Below, piece by piece: positions 12,947 to 25,800 of a DNA stretch of 64,000 nt; position 1 is the stretch's first letter; each line of letters starts with the position of its first letter. A program made the translations under genes and the position numbers. The notes under the pieces were generated by a model, which ran no database searches, was not told where the DNA came from, and was given only the letters and a program-made list of their open reading frames with translations. Source of the stretch: Intoshia linei (lineage: Eukaryota; Animalia; Orthonectida); contig LWCA01000006.1 in NCBI GenBank assembly GCA_001642005.1, forward strand, positions 43,884 to 107,883, given 5' to 3'.

Positions 12947-15900
12947 TTATGCACTGGAATTTTGGAGATCTCTTTTCACTTTGTTTCGGACGAGTGGTGT
13001 ACTAGTAAATTTTAGAATTGTGGGATTTTGTGGTCTTTGTTGATTCATAGGTTGTGAATGTGAACCAGATGCGTTTGAAACGTGTTCTGAATTGTTTATT
13101 TCGCTTATCAAACTGAGAGGAGAAGTTCGAGAATACGTTAGTGGAGTTCCTTCAACATTGTACACGATATGTGAATCTTCAATAGATCTAATAATAACAA
13201 TACATTTAATTTAAAATTTAAAAAATATAACTTACTCTAAATAAGGAACACGGGAAAAGTTGTATTTGGGAGAGTTGGCCCGAGATCTACAAGTGGGAGT
13301 ACCTTCAACAGCATAATTGACCGTTTTATCCTTATCTTCTGGTTTCTTAAAAGTGTGACAAACACTGTTTTTTGACAAATACATGACAGGAGAACGAGCA
13401 GAAGGTGAATCCTCTACTGCATATGTGCGCATAACATCAGTTTCACCCAATGCACCTTTACTGGTAAGTGTGACGTCTCCATATCTATTATTATTATCTT
13501 TATATTTTATGCGACAATCGCTAGGCGAATCTGGCAAATCGCTATATGCAATTGAAGATTCTGCCATATGAGTACTAAAAACGGAAGAAGGTGCTTTACT
13601 GTTCACTTCGAGGTTACTTAAGGATTCTGGCGTACTTTGCCTGCTATATATCAGAGGTGTTTCATTAAAATTTTCATTATTTGTGAGTTCATATATAAAC
13701 TGAGTCGATTGAGATTCGCCTGTCTTCATAGGTTTATAAATATTTCTTAGGCTATAATCCAAAGGCTTATCTTGTGAAGAAGGCAACCTAAGGCGTTCTT
13801 TAGATTTAGTATTGATTGGATTAGTTTCATAAATTTTTTGAGGTGAATTTGGTTGAATTTGATCTAAATATTTAAAATTAATTGGTCGACCGATATATTT
13901 GAAATTTTGATTTCTTTTTAAAATTGAATTGTTTTTTAATTTTAATATAGGAAATTACTGCAAATATTAAAAAAATGACACGTGGAGAAAGTTGTTTAAT
14001 GGAAACAACTTAACTGATTTAAATTAATCAATTATTTCCAATAGTTACTTTTCAAATTGTCATAGAGGTTTGTGAAAATTAATTTTTCCTTCAGGGGTTT
14101 GTAAAAATATATTTTTTGCTTAAGGATTGTTAAAACTGAATTTTTCCTTTCAGGGTTGGTAAATCTGGAATTTTCACTTGAGGGTTTGTGAAAATTAATT
14201 TTTCACTTAGTGGTTTGTAAAATTTAAATTTTCCTTTTAGGATTCGTAAAACCGGATTTTTAATAAAAATGGTTGGATTTAAGTAGACCCTTTTAAAAAC
14301 TATCCGAAATTTAATGTTTTTTTAAATACTAGGACATTTTTTCATTTTTCAAACAAAGCTAATTGTGGGTTTGAACTAGGAAATAATATCCGATTAATCA
14401 ATTAAAATGTTTTGAAAATGCGAATTTAAAAATTGCGAAGGAATAAATTATATAGATTTTCACCCATATTTTTTATTGGAAATGTGTAGACGTTCAATGA
14501 ACATTTTTTTTTAAAATTGTAGGATCAATATTTACATTTTCAATTTTTATTTTAATTATAATATATATAAAAAATTATTTTTCACCAGGAATACGTAGAT
14601 TTCTGGGATTAAAATTTTGTATTTATATCAACTAAAATAAGCTCTATCAGAATAATCTTTTTTTTAAATTCTCCAACTCGTTTAATTTTCAAAAAAAAGG
14701 ACAATCGGGGTTTTTGATCCGTAAGATGTGAGTTTGGGATGTTAAAATATATTTTGCGAACACCCCCGCTAAAAACTGTAATTGAAATGTGGACTTTATA
14801 AAATTCTAAAACGGGTAGTTATTTAAATAAAGTGGAACACACATATACACAAACAAAAATAGCGTAGCATATTATATAAGGATTATTGGTTTTTATGTTA
14901 AAAATTTTAAATTCCGATTAATCGGATAATCGTTGTTCAAATAACCGGAATTATTCGATAACCAGTTTTTCAAATTTTTGAATAATCAGGACTCCATAGT
15001 TTGAACCATGAAATGTAAGTTTCTGAGGATGAGATTTATCATAATTTTAAAGATTTAAAAACTATCCAATAATTTATGTTTTTTTAATTCTAGGACTATT
15101 TTTATGATAAAAAAAATTATTTCGGTTTTGCCCCTGAATTTTTCAATTTCAGAAAATGAAATTTACAATATAACATCATTCTCAATTATATATTAGAAAC
15201 TAGGTTTTCTAAATTCTAGGACTCTTAATTTTGTAATTAAACGGTAAAACACACAAACAGATTCATTTTTATAAAAGTAGAAGATCAGATGAAGAAATTT
15301 AGGCAGTTTCATTTTTTAGAAAATTAATCAAAATGATAAAATTTTATTAAATTCTGTGAAACGGATTCTAAGGTGGGGTTATTAAAAAATTTTAAAGATG
15401 TAAAACATGGATGTAAATATTCATTTTTTTCGTGCTGTACTGCAAAATGTATCATGAATTGTTGTTAATGCCATGAGATAAAAGAGCTTGAAAAATGCTG
15501 ACTTAGAGATTTATAAAATAACGAAAAAACGTTCAAACTTGTAGCACCCGCATAAAAATATGTTTTTTTAAATAAAAAATTACTATCTTTCACAAAAGTA
15601 TTTAAATTTTTGATGGCTTGACTAGAAGAAATGCAAATAGCTTCATCATCTGTACATTTAATAATTTGTTTCAAGACTGTAATAGCAGATAAATCGACCA
15701 ACAAAGATTTATTTGAATCGATTCTCCCTGAAATGTTCCATAAAATGCCACACAAGTTGCGTATAAGCTGAAAGTATTTATTGAGAGAATGGCGATTAAA
15801 TTTGTTAATTTTGGGTTGATGTGTGACAAAGTATTTCAAATCATTTATAACAATTTCCAAGCATTGAGATTTCCTGAGAATACAACTATAAGTTTCATTT

Positions 15901-17165
15901 TTGGCAATAGTACTTGAAACATTTCTCAGTACATAAGTTGCCAAAATTGATTGTTTTTGTTTACGTATACAGTCCACGAGAAATGGAATTAAATTAGAAT
16001 CTGAACAGATTCGTTTTTTAGAAGAAGTTCCGTGAGCTGAAAGGTTTTGAAGAGACGAAAGAGCAACACTAATACATTTAGTATCCGTACACTTGTAGAT
16101 TGTGCCAGTTATAGATTCAATTATCCCTGATTTTAAAATATTTTTTTTTGCAGTTATATCAGATTTTAAGGCTAAATTATTAATCAATAAACAAGCCATT
16201 TGCATAAGAGATTCATTTTTATTATATTCAATTTGCTTTCTTAAACCAAGAAGCCATTCTGCACGGGAACAAAAATTGGATTTATGATGTGGGTTCATAT
16301 GAGTGACGTTGGCTAAAATTGCACAAGCATTTCTTCTAACAAGTAAATTTTGTTCGTCTTTATTCGGTTGAAACAGGTACATAAAATTTGCCACACTTTG
16401 TAAACCTCCAAGTAGAGAAATTGCTTCACAGTAATTTGCCTGGTAGGATAACTTCATCAAGGTGTGAACTACACTGGAAGGATCGTCTTCAAGTGTTTCT
16501 TCCAGGCTCGTGTCTGCAGTTTCCAATAAATATAAAGATTTATTGACATCAGAATTTAACGCTTTTTTATTCAATTTACTCGACTTGAATTTTTCCTTTC
16601 TTTTTAAATGCTGTAAATATTCACAATAACATGTAATTTGGTCTATTAATTGCAATACACGAATTTCGTAATTGTTATCTTTTCTGAAATTGATGATATT
16701 GTGTAGAGTTCTAGACGATCTTCGGCTTAATTCTACATTATCTTCCTCGTTATAAATCATGTCTACCAATTTAGGGATACAACCAGCCTCCCTAAGTAAT
16801 AAACATTGATTTTGAGATGAACTTAAGGTTAATAAAATCTTACTTAATTGGTTCATATCCTGATAACCGAGAATACTGAGAATAAAGAAAATTAATCTGT
16901 CTTGGTGCGAATCAAATTTACTTTTTGCCACAATCGTTTTATCAAAATCAATGTTATAGCTTTTTTCGTTTTTTATAGACAGGTTTTGAAACGAAGTCAA
17001 ATCAGATGGTGCTAATCCAAAATGTTCTTCATTTTCACCAAGTATACATCCTGATCTATAAGAGAATACTGAAGAAAAATCTTCGAAATCGCTTGAATCG
17101 GAACTCACACATTTTTTGTCTAGTGCTTTTCCTGAATGTGTATTTTGGTATATTTCTCTCCCCAT
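12947..17165 (-). CDS. APC: Adenomatous polyposis coli homologue, compact (~800 aa; exons ~17165-15584, ~13863-13236, ~13186-12947)
   Basis: Pre-ARM region (LSKILLTLSSSQNQCLLLREAGCIPKLV, EIRVLQLIDQITCYCE), armadillo repeats (ALSSLQNLSAH, NLCGILWNIS), 15-aa-like repeat DKPLDYSL, 20R2 plus CID (ETPLIYSRQSTPESLS..SDLPDSP) and further 20-aa repeats (YAVEDSP, YAVEGTPTCRSR, YNVEGTPLTYSRTSPLS). Confidence 0.9.
14060..14290. repeat. ~30-bp degenerate minisatellite (family B)
   Basis: Repeating ttttccttnagggttt/ggtaaaa units; same unit at 20070-20300, 33060-33250, 36610-36730, 45560-46120 and 49580-50370. Confidence 0.7.
14377..14998. mobile_element. Degenerate hAT-like MITE containing a nested family A copy (~14400-14883), itself inside another family A fragment
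   Basis: 8-bp direct repeat GTTTGAAC at 14369-14376 and 14999-15006; CCGATTAATC motifs near both ends; TIR similarity weak. Confidence 0.5.
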
Positions 17166-17569
17166 AAATTTAAATTTTCATATTTTAAATGTACAATAAA
17201 CTAAACAATTTAACTCCATCTCTATGATTATTCCAGATTACGCGCCATTTATCGTTTTATTTTTAACATTTGCGAAATAGACTTTTGTAACAATAAATAT
17301 AAGTAATTTTGACAATATTGATAAATCGAGTCGTAAAATTACAGTTAGGTTGAACTTGAAAAATTACCGATATCTTTTGAAATTGAATCATTTGTTAATT
17401 AGTTTATCATCACAAATTGCAGTATTAATTCTTAATTCTAAGATTTTTTGTTTCTATTTACATTACTGTATTTATTAATTTTATCTTAGTTGTTTATGCA
17501 TTAAGTGGTTCTCAATGTGGGCGTTAGCGCCCTCAAGGGAGTTTTCAAAATTTAGGGGCGCTGCAATCA

Positions 17570-18268
17570 AAATTGTAAGATCAATATTTACATTTTTATT
17601 TTAATCGAAATATTTCAAAAATTTTAGTTGATAATATATTAAAAATTATCTTTCACCGGGAATGCGCAGATTTCTTGGGTTGCAATTTTGTATTTATATC
17701 AACTGGAATAAACTCTATCAGAATAATCTTTTTTTTAATTTTCGGAATATTTATTATTTCACATTTTTTGTTTTAATAAAATATTTCGGAAAAAAAATAT
17801 ATGAATATTAAATGCTTGTTTTGACCGTGAAGTCGTCACTTATTCGGATTGAAATTTTTTATATGTGCTAACAGGATACAAATGTTTAATTAAATGATAC
17901 CTGTAAATTTTTTGAAATTCTAGGGCTGTTTTCATTAAAAAGAGAAAGGTAATTTGGGGTTTTGGCCCTGAAGATATAATTTTTTTAAATTTAAATTTAT
18001 GATAATGTTTATGATTTTTAAATCCGCATCAGCTTATATATTGTTTTAAATTCTCCAACTCGTTTGATTTTTAAATCGAGAGACAACAGGGGTTTTTGAC
18101 CCGTAAGATGTGAAATTGGGAGGTTGAAAATTATCTTATTATACGTCCCGGAAAAAACTGTAATTGAAATGTGGTCTTTAAAAAATTTTAAAGGTGGTAG
18201 TTATTTCAATAAAGTGGAACATACACATAGACACAATCAAAAATCTTAGCCTTTTATATAAGTTAGGA
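17570..18268 (-). mobile_element. Helitron-like family A, 5' part
   Basis: Extensive identity with 60760-61300 and 62000-62608; minus strand begins A|TCCTAACTTATATAAAA. Confidence 0.72.
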
Positions 18269-18670
18269 TAGTATACACAGAAAGTGAAAGAGTAAAATGG
18301 CAAGCGTCTCTGATCAAAATTCTCCAAATTATTTTTTATTTCAGTGTAAACATAAAACTGTTATACGCGACTTTATCCGATTCTTCACCATAATATTTCA
18401 AAAAAAAGTACTAAAATTCACACGACTAGTAGACGACAATCTTTAGAAAAATTGAAAATTTACCATCATTTCAACATTGCATTTTATATCATCCCCAATA
18501 TTCTGTTGAAAAGTATAAAATTAAAGAAAATATCCCATTTCTGAGAACCCAAAAGTCCGCAAGCCCACAAGATTAATAGATTTAGTTTGGTGTATCCTCG
18601 TATAACGAACCGATTTAAACATAAAATATAACATAAATAATAATCAGTGACGTCATATTTATTTAAATAT

Positions 18671-19635
18671 TTAAATATTCATTAAATTGTTGGCTTCGTC
18701 CATGTTGATATCATAATTTGGTTCATTGTTCATCTTGTAAAATTGTGATCGCTTATAAATGTACAATTTTCTTTGAATGTATTTACGGCTAATGAGACCA
18801 GAAAAGAATATTACAATGCATATAATAAATATTGTAAGAATTACATATACAGCTTTTGAACTACCCTAAATTTACAATTAAAATCGATGAAATTCATATA
18901 AATTGACTAATTACTTAATTTGTAGTCACGCAACTTTTTTGTTCACTTTACGAATTGTTTCAACTCAACCATTAGTACCCCTTAAGAAAAATTATCATTA
19001 TGAATGAATATTTAAAAAAACTACAGCTTAAAATAAATTCCAATTTCTCATTTTACAGTTATTTTAGGATCTCGTACACGAATAAATAAAAATGTGATAA
19101 AAAATATTTTAAAACGTATTCATGTATACACTCTATTATAATCACTGTTAACCGAGGTCAAACATTTATTTAACACTTCCGAATTGTTAATGAATATAAT
19201 TGTTTACTGTATCTGGAATAGTTTTAATTTTAGTCAAACTTTTATTCAATTCTTTCTTTAAAGTATTCTCAACTTTTATCAATTTTTTAATCTTTTCTTT
19301 TGTTTCTTCCTTTTCTTCAAGTGTCAAGTCTTCCTTCGCTTGCCAATTCATTAATGTCTAAACGATTTTTATAAACATTAATTTATTTTAACGTTTATTT
19401 TCCCTCTAACGTAATCAACAAGTTGATATAATCCAACAACATTTGATACTTTGTTTGTTGCGTGTGATATATCGGTAGGAACATAATTGTAAAGAAAATT
19501 CAAATAACTTTCTGATGTAGTGTCATTTATCGTTAGGGCGCACTTTATTTGAATAAATAACAGTATAACTAAAAAGTAATTAATATTAGTAAAATGTCTC
19601 CAACCATAGACGCTCCTGAAATATATATTTTTCAT
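18671..19635 (-). CDS. Orphan single-pass membrane protein with a coiled-coil ectodomain (middle exons unresolved)
   Basis: N-terminal hydrophobic segment YFLVILLFIQIKCA; Glu/Lys coiled coil (EEKEETKEKIKKLIKVENTLKKELNK); last exon has TM AVYVILTIFIICIVIFFSGLIS, basic residues and a short Tyr-rich tail; stop 18671-18673. Confidence 0.45.
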
Positions 19636-19869
19636 TGATTTAATATTTGCTTGTATAATGTAAATATTGTAAAAACTTTAGTATATAATATCCTTACATG
19701 TATAAAATGCTTTGTTTGTCTGTGTGTGTTATCGTTTATTTCAATAACTACGCGTCTTAGAATTTTATAAAGTCCACAATGAATCATCAGTGATGATATA
19801 ATTAATGAGAGTTTTGTTGTTGTTTATCGTAAACAAGTTTATCATATCTGGTTTTGTTTGAGATAAACC

Positions 19870-20050
19870 AACTCTTTTAGTGTTTTAGGTACCAGTTGAC
19901 AAGGTGTCAGTATAAATAATGGATTATCAGTAGTTAAATTGGAAGGGCAATAAAAAAATCATTTTGTCAGTACTTTAAATATACTGTCAGTATTTAAATT
20001 GAATGTTCTGTATAAATTGAAACTGACTTAAAATGCTTTTGTAAAATATA
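19870..20050 (+). repeat. GTCAGTA-rich ~20-bp-unit dispersed repeat (family C)
   Basis: aggtgtcagtataaataat...ttttgtcagtactttaaatatactgtc nearly identical to 37714-37810. Confidence 0.75.
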
Positions 20051-20069
20051 TTATAATACTCTATCGATG

Positions 20070-20300
20070 TTTCCATTAATGGTTGGTAAAAGTGGATTAT
20101 TCCCTTAAGGGTAGGTAAAACTCGATTTTTCCATTAAAGGTTGGTAAAAGTGGGTTTTCCCATAAGTGTTATTAAAATTGGGATGTTTCCTTAGGGGTTT
20201 GTAAAAGTGGAATTTTCCCTAAAGGGTTTTTAAAACCGAATTTTTCCTTTTAGGGTTGGTAAAATTGGGATTTTTCTCGTAAATTTTGTTTTTTAGTAAA
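20070..20300. repeat. ~30-bp minisatellite (family B), about 7 units
   Basis: ccattaatggttggtaaaagtggattatt / cccttaagggtaggtaaaactcgattttt / ccattaaaggttggtaaaagtgggtttt ... Confidence 0.75.
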
Positions 20301-20818
20301 AATGGTTGGGTTGAATAATATTTTCATATAATGAAATATTAATTTTCAATCAATTTATGAATTATAATTTCAGTTCAAATGATACGCAATAAACAAAATA
20401 AAATTTATATACAAATGTAAATGTTAGAGTTATTTTGGTTTTTTTGTCAAATGTAATCACTATTGTTTTATAATGAATTAACCCAATTGATTTCATTGTT
20501 TATAAAATTAATTTAATTTTTTTGATATAAATGAATACAACCTATATAAAAATCATCCGCCAAGGTTAGATACGTAAAATATACAATTGAAATTGTTGTT
20601 TTGTAATACCTCATAATGTTGACTTAAAAATAAAACATTTCGAATAATTTCCAGGAAATTAGATCAATTGTTTATTTATCATGACCCTATTAATAAAATT
20701 TAAAATTTGTGGTAAACTGTTGCATTGTTAATAAATTTCAATTAATAATGTATGAAATAAAATAATTTCTACAATAGTTATCGATTAATCCCAAAAATAA
20801 TTTCAATTCAAGGAAACT

Positions 20819-22728
20819 ATGAAAAAAAAGAAGGGTTCTCGTCGAATAAATAATAAACCTAGTGCTATAAATGAAAAAACAGAATACACTGAAAAATTGG
20901 AAAAAAAAGTTGAACTGTTGCAATCACAGTTAAGTAATATTGACAGTATGATTTTGTCTTTCAAAACCAAACATTTGGAAAACTCCAAATTATTAAAAAT
21001 AGATGAAATTGATAATAAAGCTAGTCGTATGCTTAGACAAGTCAAACTCAATTTTTTAAACTATGAATCGTTGAATAAGAGTGATAATGAAAGTTTTACG
21101 TCTCATGAAACCAAATCCAATCAATTTTCCATTTCTCAGAAAGAAGAAAACATACAAAGTCAAGAAGTAATATATTACAGTGTTCTCTGTCTAGTTTTCC
21201 AATGTTAGGAGTCCCAACTTGGGAATACATATTTTTGGGATTCTAGTATCTAGATTATTTGGTGCAATAGAGAAACGATATACCATTAATTTTATTAGAA
21301 AAATTTTATGCCTTGATCTCCTATCAACTTGTAAGGGATATAGTTTCAGAATTGGCTGATTGTAGGAGAATAATGTATAGTTTCTTATAAATACTTTTAA
21401 AATTTTAGCCTACAATCGACGGTGACAGTAAGTTTGACTCCAAATCAGGAACAACGAGTTTAATTATAATGAAATTTATTAATTTTTTATTTAGGTGTTT
21501 TAGATTTCAATATATGCGATTATACTCAATTGGTAAAAAATTTAAATGAACTTGTTGTTTTAAAAGCCTATTATGACACCTCAATAGAAACTAAAATATA
21601 TCAATTGGAAAAGGAAAATTCGAATTTACTGATTCAAAATCAAAACATAAATATAAAGTTACGTGACGCTCGTTTCATTATTGATGAAATAAACCGTACA
21701 TCCAAAAATTTAAAGCTTTCTAATCAAATTCAAAGATTAATGGAAATTCAAGGTATTATATTATATATTAAAAAAGTAGAAATTACCATAAAGTTTTTGG
21801 AAGGCTAACACTTTAAACGTTTATAAAAACAATAGCTTTGGATATTTTCATGATACTTTTAAAAATAGTAATTTGATTTTTTTGTTGATCCAATAATCTT
21901 TAAAAATAAAATATACCTTTTCCTTTAAGACTGTTACTGCTACCTAACTTACTGGTTAGCATCGACTCATTTGAAATTTTAATAAAAAATTTTGGAATAT
22001 CTGAGATAGCATGATAAAAATGTGCGCATAGTATGTAAAATGTTGGCCACCCCTGCCATAAATCATGTTTTTAACATTTATCATTAAAGGATATTAAGGG
22101 TTATCTTAATTTTCCTATTACTATTTTCTTAAAATAATTTTATTTAAAATTTTCTTAGATTTGAAACAAAATGATATTTACCCAGAAGAATTTGTAGATG
22201 AAATTTATCAGGTTTAATTTTTAAAATTTAAAATAAATTTTTGATAATATAGAACACAATTTTAAACACTACAAATGATTGTATAATAAAAAAGAAAAGT
22301 AAAGAAACAAAATTGACTGACATAAACGACAATTTATTGAATCAAATATGTTCAGCGTTATCCGTGGACGATTCTGAAGGTAATTGTGTCAGATTTTTGT
22401 ATCTTTTTAAGCGTTGATTATTTGAATATTTGAAAATTCAAAAAAATTTATTTCACATGTATTATTTTATTAAATTACTAAATCAATTGATATGCATTTA
22501 GTGACTGGATGGAGACAATTTTCAAAATTAGTTCATGTAAATTTATCGGAATATCCAGAAATTGAAAACTCTGCAAATCCTATGAAATCTGTAATTAAAG
22601 TTTGGATGGAACTTAACAGTACGAAAGAGTTAACAATATCACATTTATACAGTATTCTAGTATGTACTCCTCTACGAAAATTTAATTTGGCTCAATACTT
22701 GTATCATTTTTACGATTTAAATAATTAA
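20819..22728 (+). CDS. Coiled-coil protein with C-terminal death domain (~8 exons)
   Basis: Frame-consistent exons 20819-21167, ~21209-21245, 21299-21330, ~21409-21457, 21495-~21752, ~22159-22211, ~22253-22379, ~22501-22728; C-terminus LLNQICSALSVDD..GWRQFSKLV..EIENSANPMKSVIKVW..LTISHLYSIL resembles a death domain. Confidence 0.62.
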
Positions 22729-22806
22729 ACATTGCTAATAAATGTGTTTATAATTTTGTTATTTCACTTCTCAATGTGTTGGTTTATTTTTTGATACAGG
22801 GTAAAT

Positions 22807-25800
22807 TTATTTAGAATAATACAAATTTCTGACTAGATTTGGTTTCCAAATTTTATCTCTAATTTGTTCTACAAAATCATCGTATATTAATTTGTCATTC
22901 TTCTTCCCAGTTTTAGATTTTTGTTCCACATAAAGGGCTAAAAATAAAAATAATATTATTTATCTAAATCACCGCATTACATACTTTATTCAAATTGACA
23001 CTAATTAAAAAAATTTAGAATAGAGCTCTTAAAATTTTGGGTATTAAAATAAGGTAGTTTTGTTCTTTTTGATGGGAATTGAAATTTATCAAAGCAAGTT
23101 ATATTTATATTTGTAACTTTAATATTTCTTTGGTGTTTAATATTCCATTGACTTGTGGTAAATTGAAATTATCATGATGTCCTGTCATGTGGAGATTTTG
23201 AAATTCCTGTTTCACTCGAAAAGGTATTATGTATTATGATAAAAAGTGACTAATATGTAACTAGTTTGTCTGATTTGTACTGTGTATTCTAGTTATGCTG
23301 GGATGTACGTTAATGTGTACGTTTAATGATAATTATAATTATCAAAATTAAATAGCCAAAATTTGAAAAAAATCTCATCAATTTCCTTTTTAACCTATAT
23401 TTTAGAGTAGCCTTTCCGAAATGTGGGTTCGCAGAAAAAATTTTAAAAATATATTATATAACTCAGAACGTAATAAAATAATGTAGTGGCAATATTTGAC
23501 AATGTCTGTAAAAAATCACATTTTTAATGCTCTGCAGTTTAATTTAATCTTAATAGTATTAAAAATTTGGGAACCTTTGTTATAGAGAAAAATTTTCACA
23601 CAATGAACGAACCTTGACTATTTCAATTTCAGCCCTGAATAAAGTACAATATCCTCTTTAATTTGACAATATTTATCAACTCAAAAATTTGAATAATATT
23701 GACATGAATATTTTGAATAAATACAATTTATGAATTTTAAGTAATTTACCATTCACATCTCGTGGTAGTTCCGAAATTGAACGCTTAAAATAATCATCAA
23801 AATTCAAATACAGTAAATATCTAATTTGTTTTGAGATTTGCTAAAACTTAAATTAGTAAATATAACAATTATTTTTGTATTTTGTACTTTTTTATAATTA
23901 CTACAGTATTTTAACACCATCAGTGTTGTAGAGGGTATATAATGTACACTGTACAAACAGCTGATAACAGGAAAAGTATTTTACCTTATATATACAAATT
24001 GATATTATTAATTATTCCAGTTGATATAAATACAAAAGTTCATCCCGAGAAATCTACGCATTCCCGATGAAAAATAATTTGTAATATATTATCAACCAAT
24101 ATTTTTCATATACAGTCAGACCTGTGTATATTTAACACCTAATATAGTGAACATTTTGTAGAGTGATTCATTAAAAATTATTTTGTTAACAAAAAATTCA
24201 CTTTATATGAAAATATAGTGAACAATACTGTAATGAACGGTGAACATCATTCAAAATGAAGGTAATATTCTATTTTTGTATAATCTCCTTGTAATTTGAA
24301 TCAATTAATATGATTTACACTTAATTTTTACATTATATAATGAACGATAAAAAGAGTAAATATTTGTCAATTGGAGAAAAAAATAAATCATACTGTTTCA
24401 TGTGGAAAATAAAACATAGCCAACGAGATATGACTAAGAAATTTAAATTATCTTTGGGCTGCATTAATGGAATAATTAAAAATTCACACAATGTTCTCAT
24501 TTAAGATAAGATCATCCGTAATAGAAGCTGCTTCAAAAACCTCTAAAATAGATGAAAAACTATTTAATCGATTGAATTTAAAAGGTTGAAACATTTGATT
24601 TTATCTGACAAAATGAAAATATAAATAAAACAATGGCTGTCGAATTGTATCAAACTTATAAAATTGAAGATTTCAAGGCTTCAAATGGTTGATAAGTTGT
24701 TTCAAAAAAGGTTATTGGTGAAGAGAGGCTTGTTGACTCCCATTGAAACTATTGTCTAAACAGTTGCAACAATGGTACATTGAAAATTATCCGAATGGAA
24801 TTAATATATTAAAGTCATAAATGATATAATATCGGAAAAATTGTCGAAATAAGCTAAATTAACTGATTATTTTTCTACATTAAAAAAAATTTAAAACATT
24901 GAATATAATTTTAATTAAAATTCTTAATTTTACTTAGTATTTTCGTGAATATTCGGTTGTATTTTCAAAAATATTTTGATTCGATCAAACTTTGTTATGA
25001 CGCTTTAAGTGGAAAAATCAGCATTTTAAGGATAATAAAAGTTCACTATAAACTCTATAATGAATATCGTTATTTTTTCTAAGTTAGTGTTCAATATATA
25101 CAGGTCTGACTGTATTTGGATTAAAATAAAAATTGAAAATGTAAATATTGATCCTACAATTTCAAAATAAAGTGCAATTTGTAGTCTACACATTTACAAT
25201 AAAAAAATATGGGTGAAAATCTATATAATTCATTCCTTGGTAATTTTTTTCATTGCTACGCAATTTTTAAATTTCAAATTCTAATTTTCAAAACATTTTG
25301 AATAAAATTTAACAATAATAATAAATAAAAACTACAACAACGATACTTTGAAGTTAGATTTTCAACGTGAATTTATTTTTTAAGTATAATAATGTGCCCT
25401 CGGCAGAGCTAGGTCCTGTTTGTACGTAGTACATAACAATCAACCTAGTAATAGTATAAAATTATTAATATATCACTGAATATAACTATTACTATATATA
25501 CTAAAAACTTTTTTAAGCTCATTAACGAAAGTGGTTTGAATATAATGCAATTTAGTCTTTGCGTGTTTTTTTTGATATTTTTCTATTTTAAAATTAGTAC
25601 CAACAATAAAATATGTATGATTTAACGTTTCAAGACTATGTCTATACAATATTCCGATAACATCATATACAATGGCGGTGAATAGATTTGATCATGAAGG
25701 TCCATATACAATGTATAGGCCTATACATTTCGTTCCATATCTTATATTACAACTTTCGTATTTGTTAATACAACCGGTAAATGTGAAATTGATCAAATCT

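Noticed and set aside
17236-17252. AAATGGCGCGTAA upstream of APC as a YY1/E2F-like site
   Set aside because: Single short match, not consistently found before other starts.
18920-18980. In-frame TGA in a putative exon of the orphan membrane gene (selenocysteine or readthrough)
   Set aside because: A GTAAAG donor just before it removes the stop; no SECIS evident.
19870-20300. Regularly spaced short repeats as a CRISPR-like array
   Set aside because: Units are degenerate tandem repeats without unique spacers; eukaryotic context and no cas genes.
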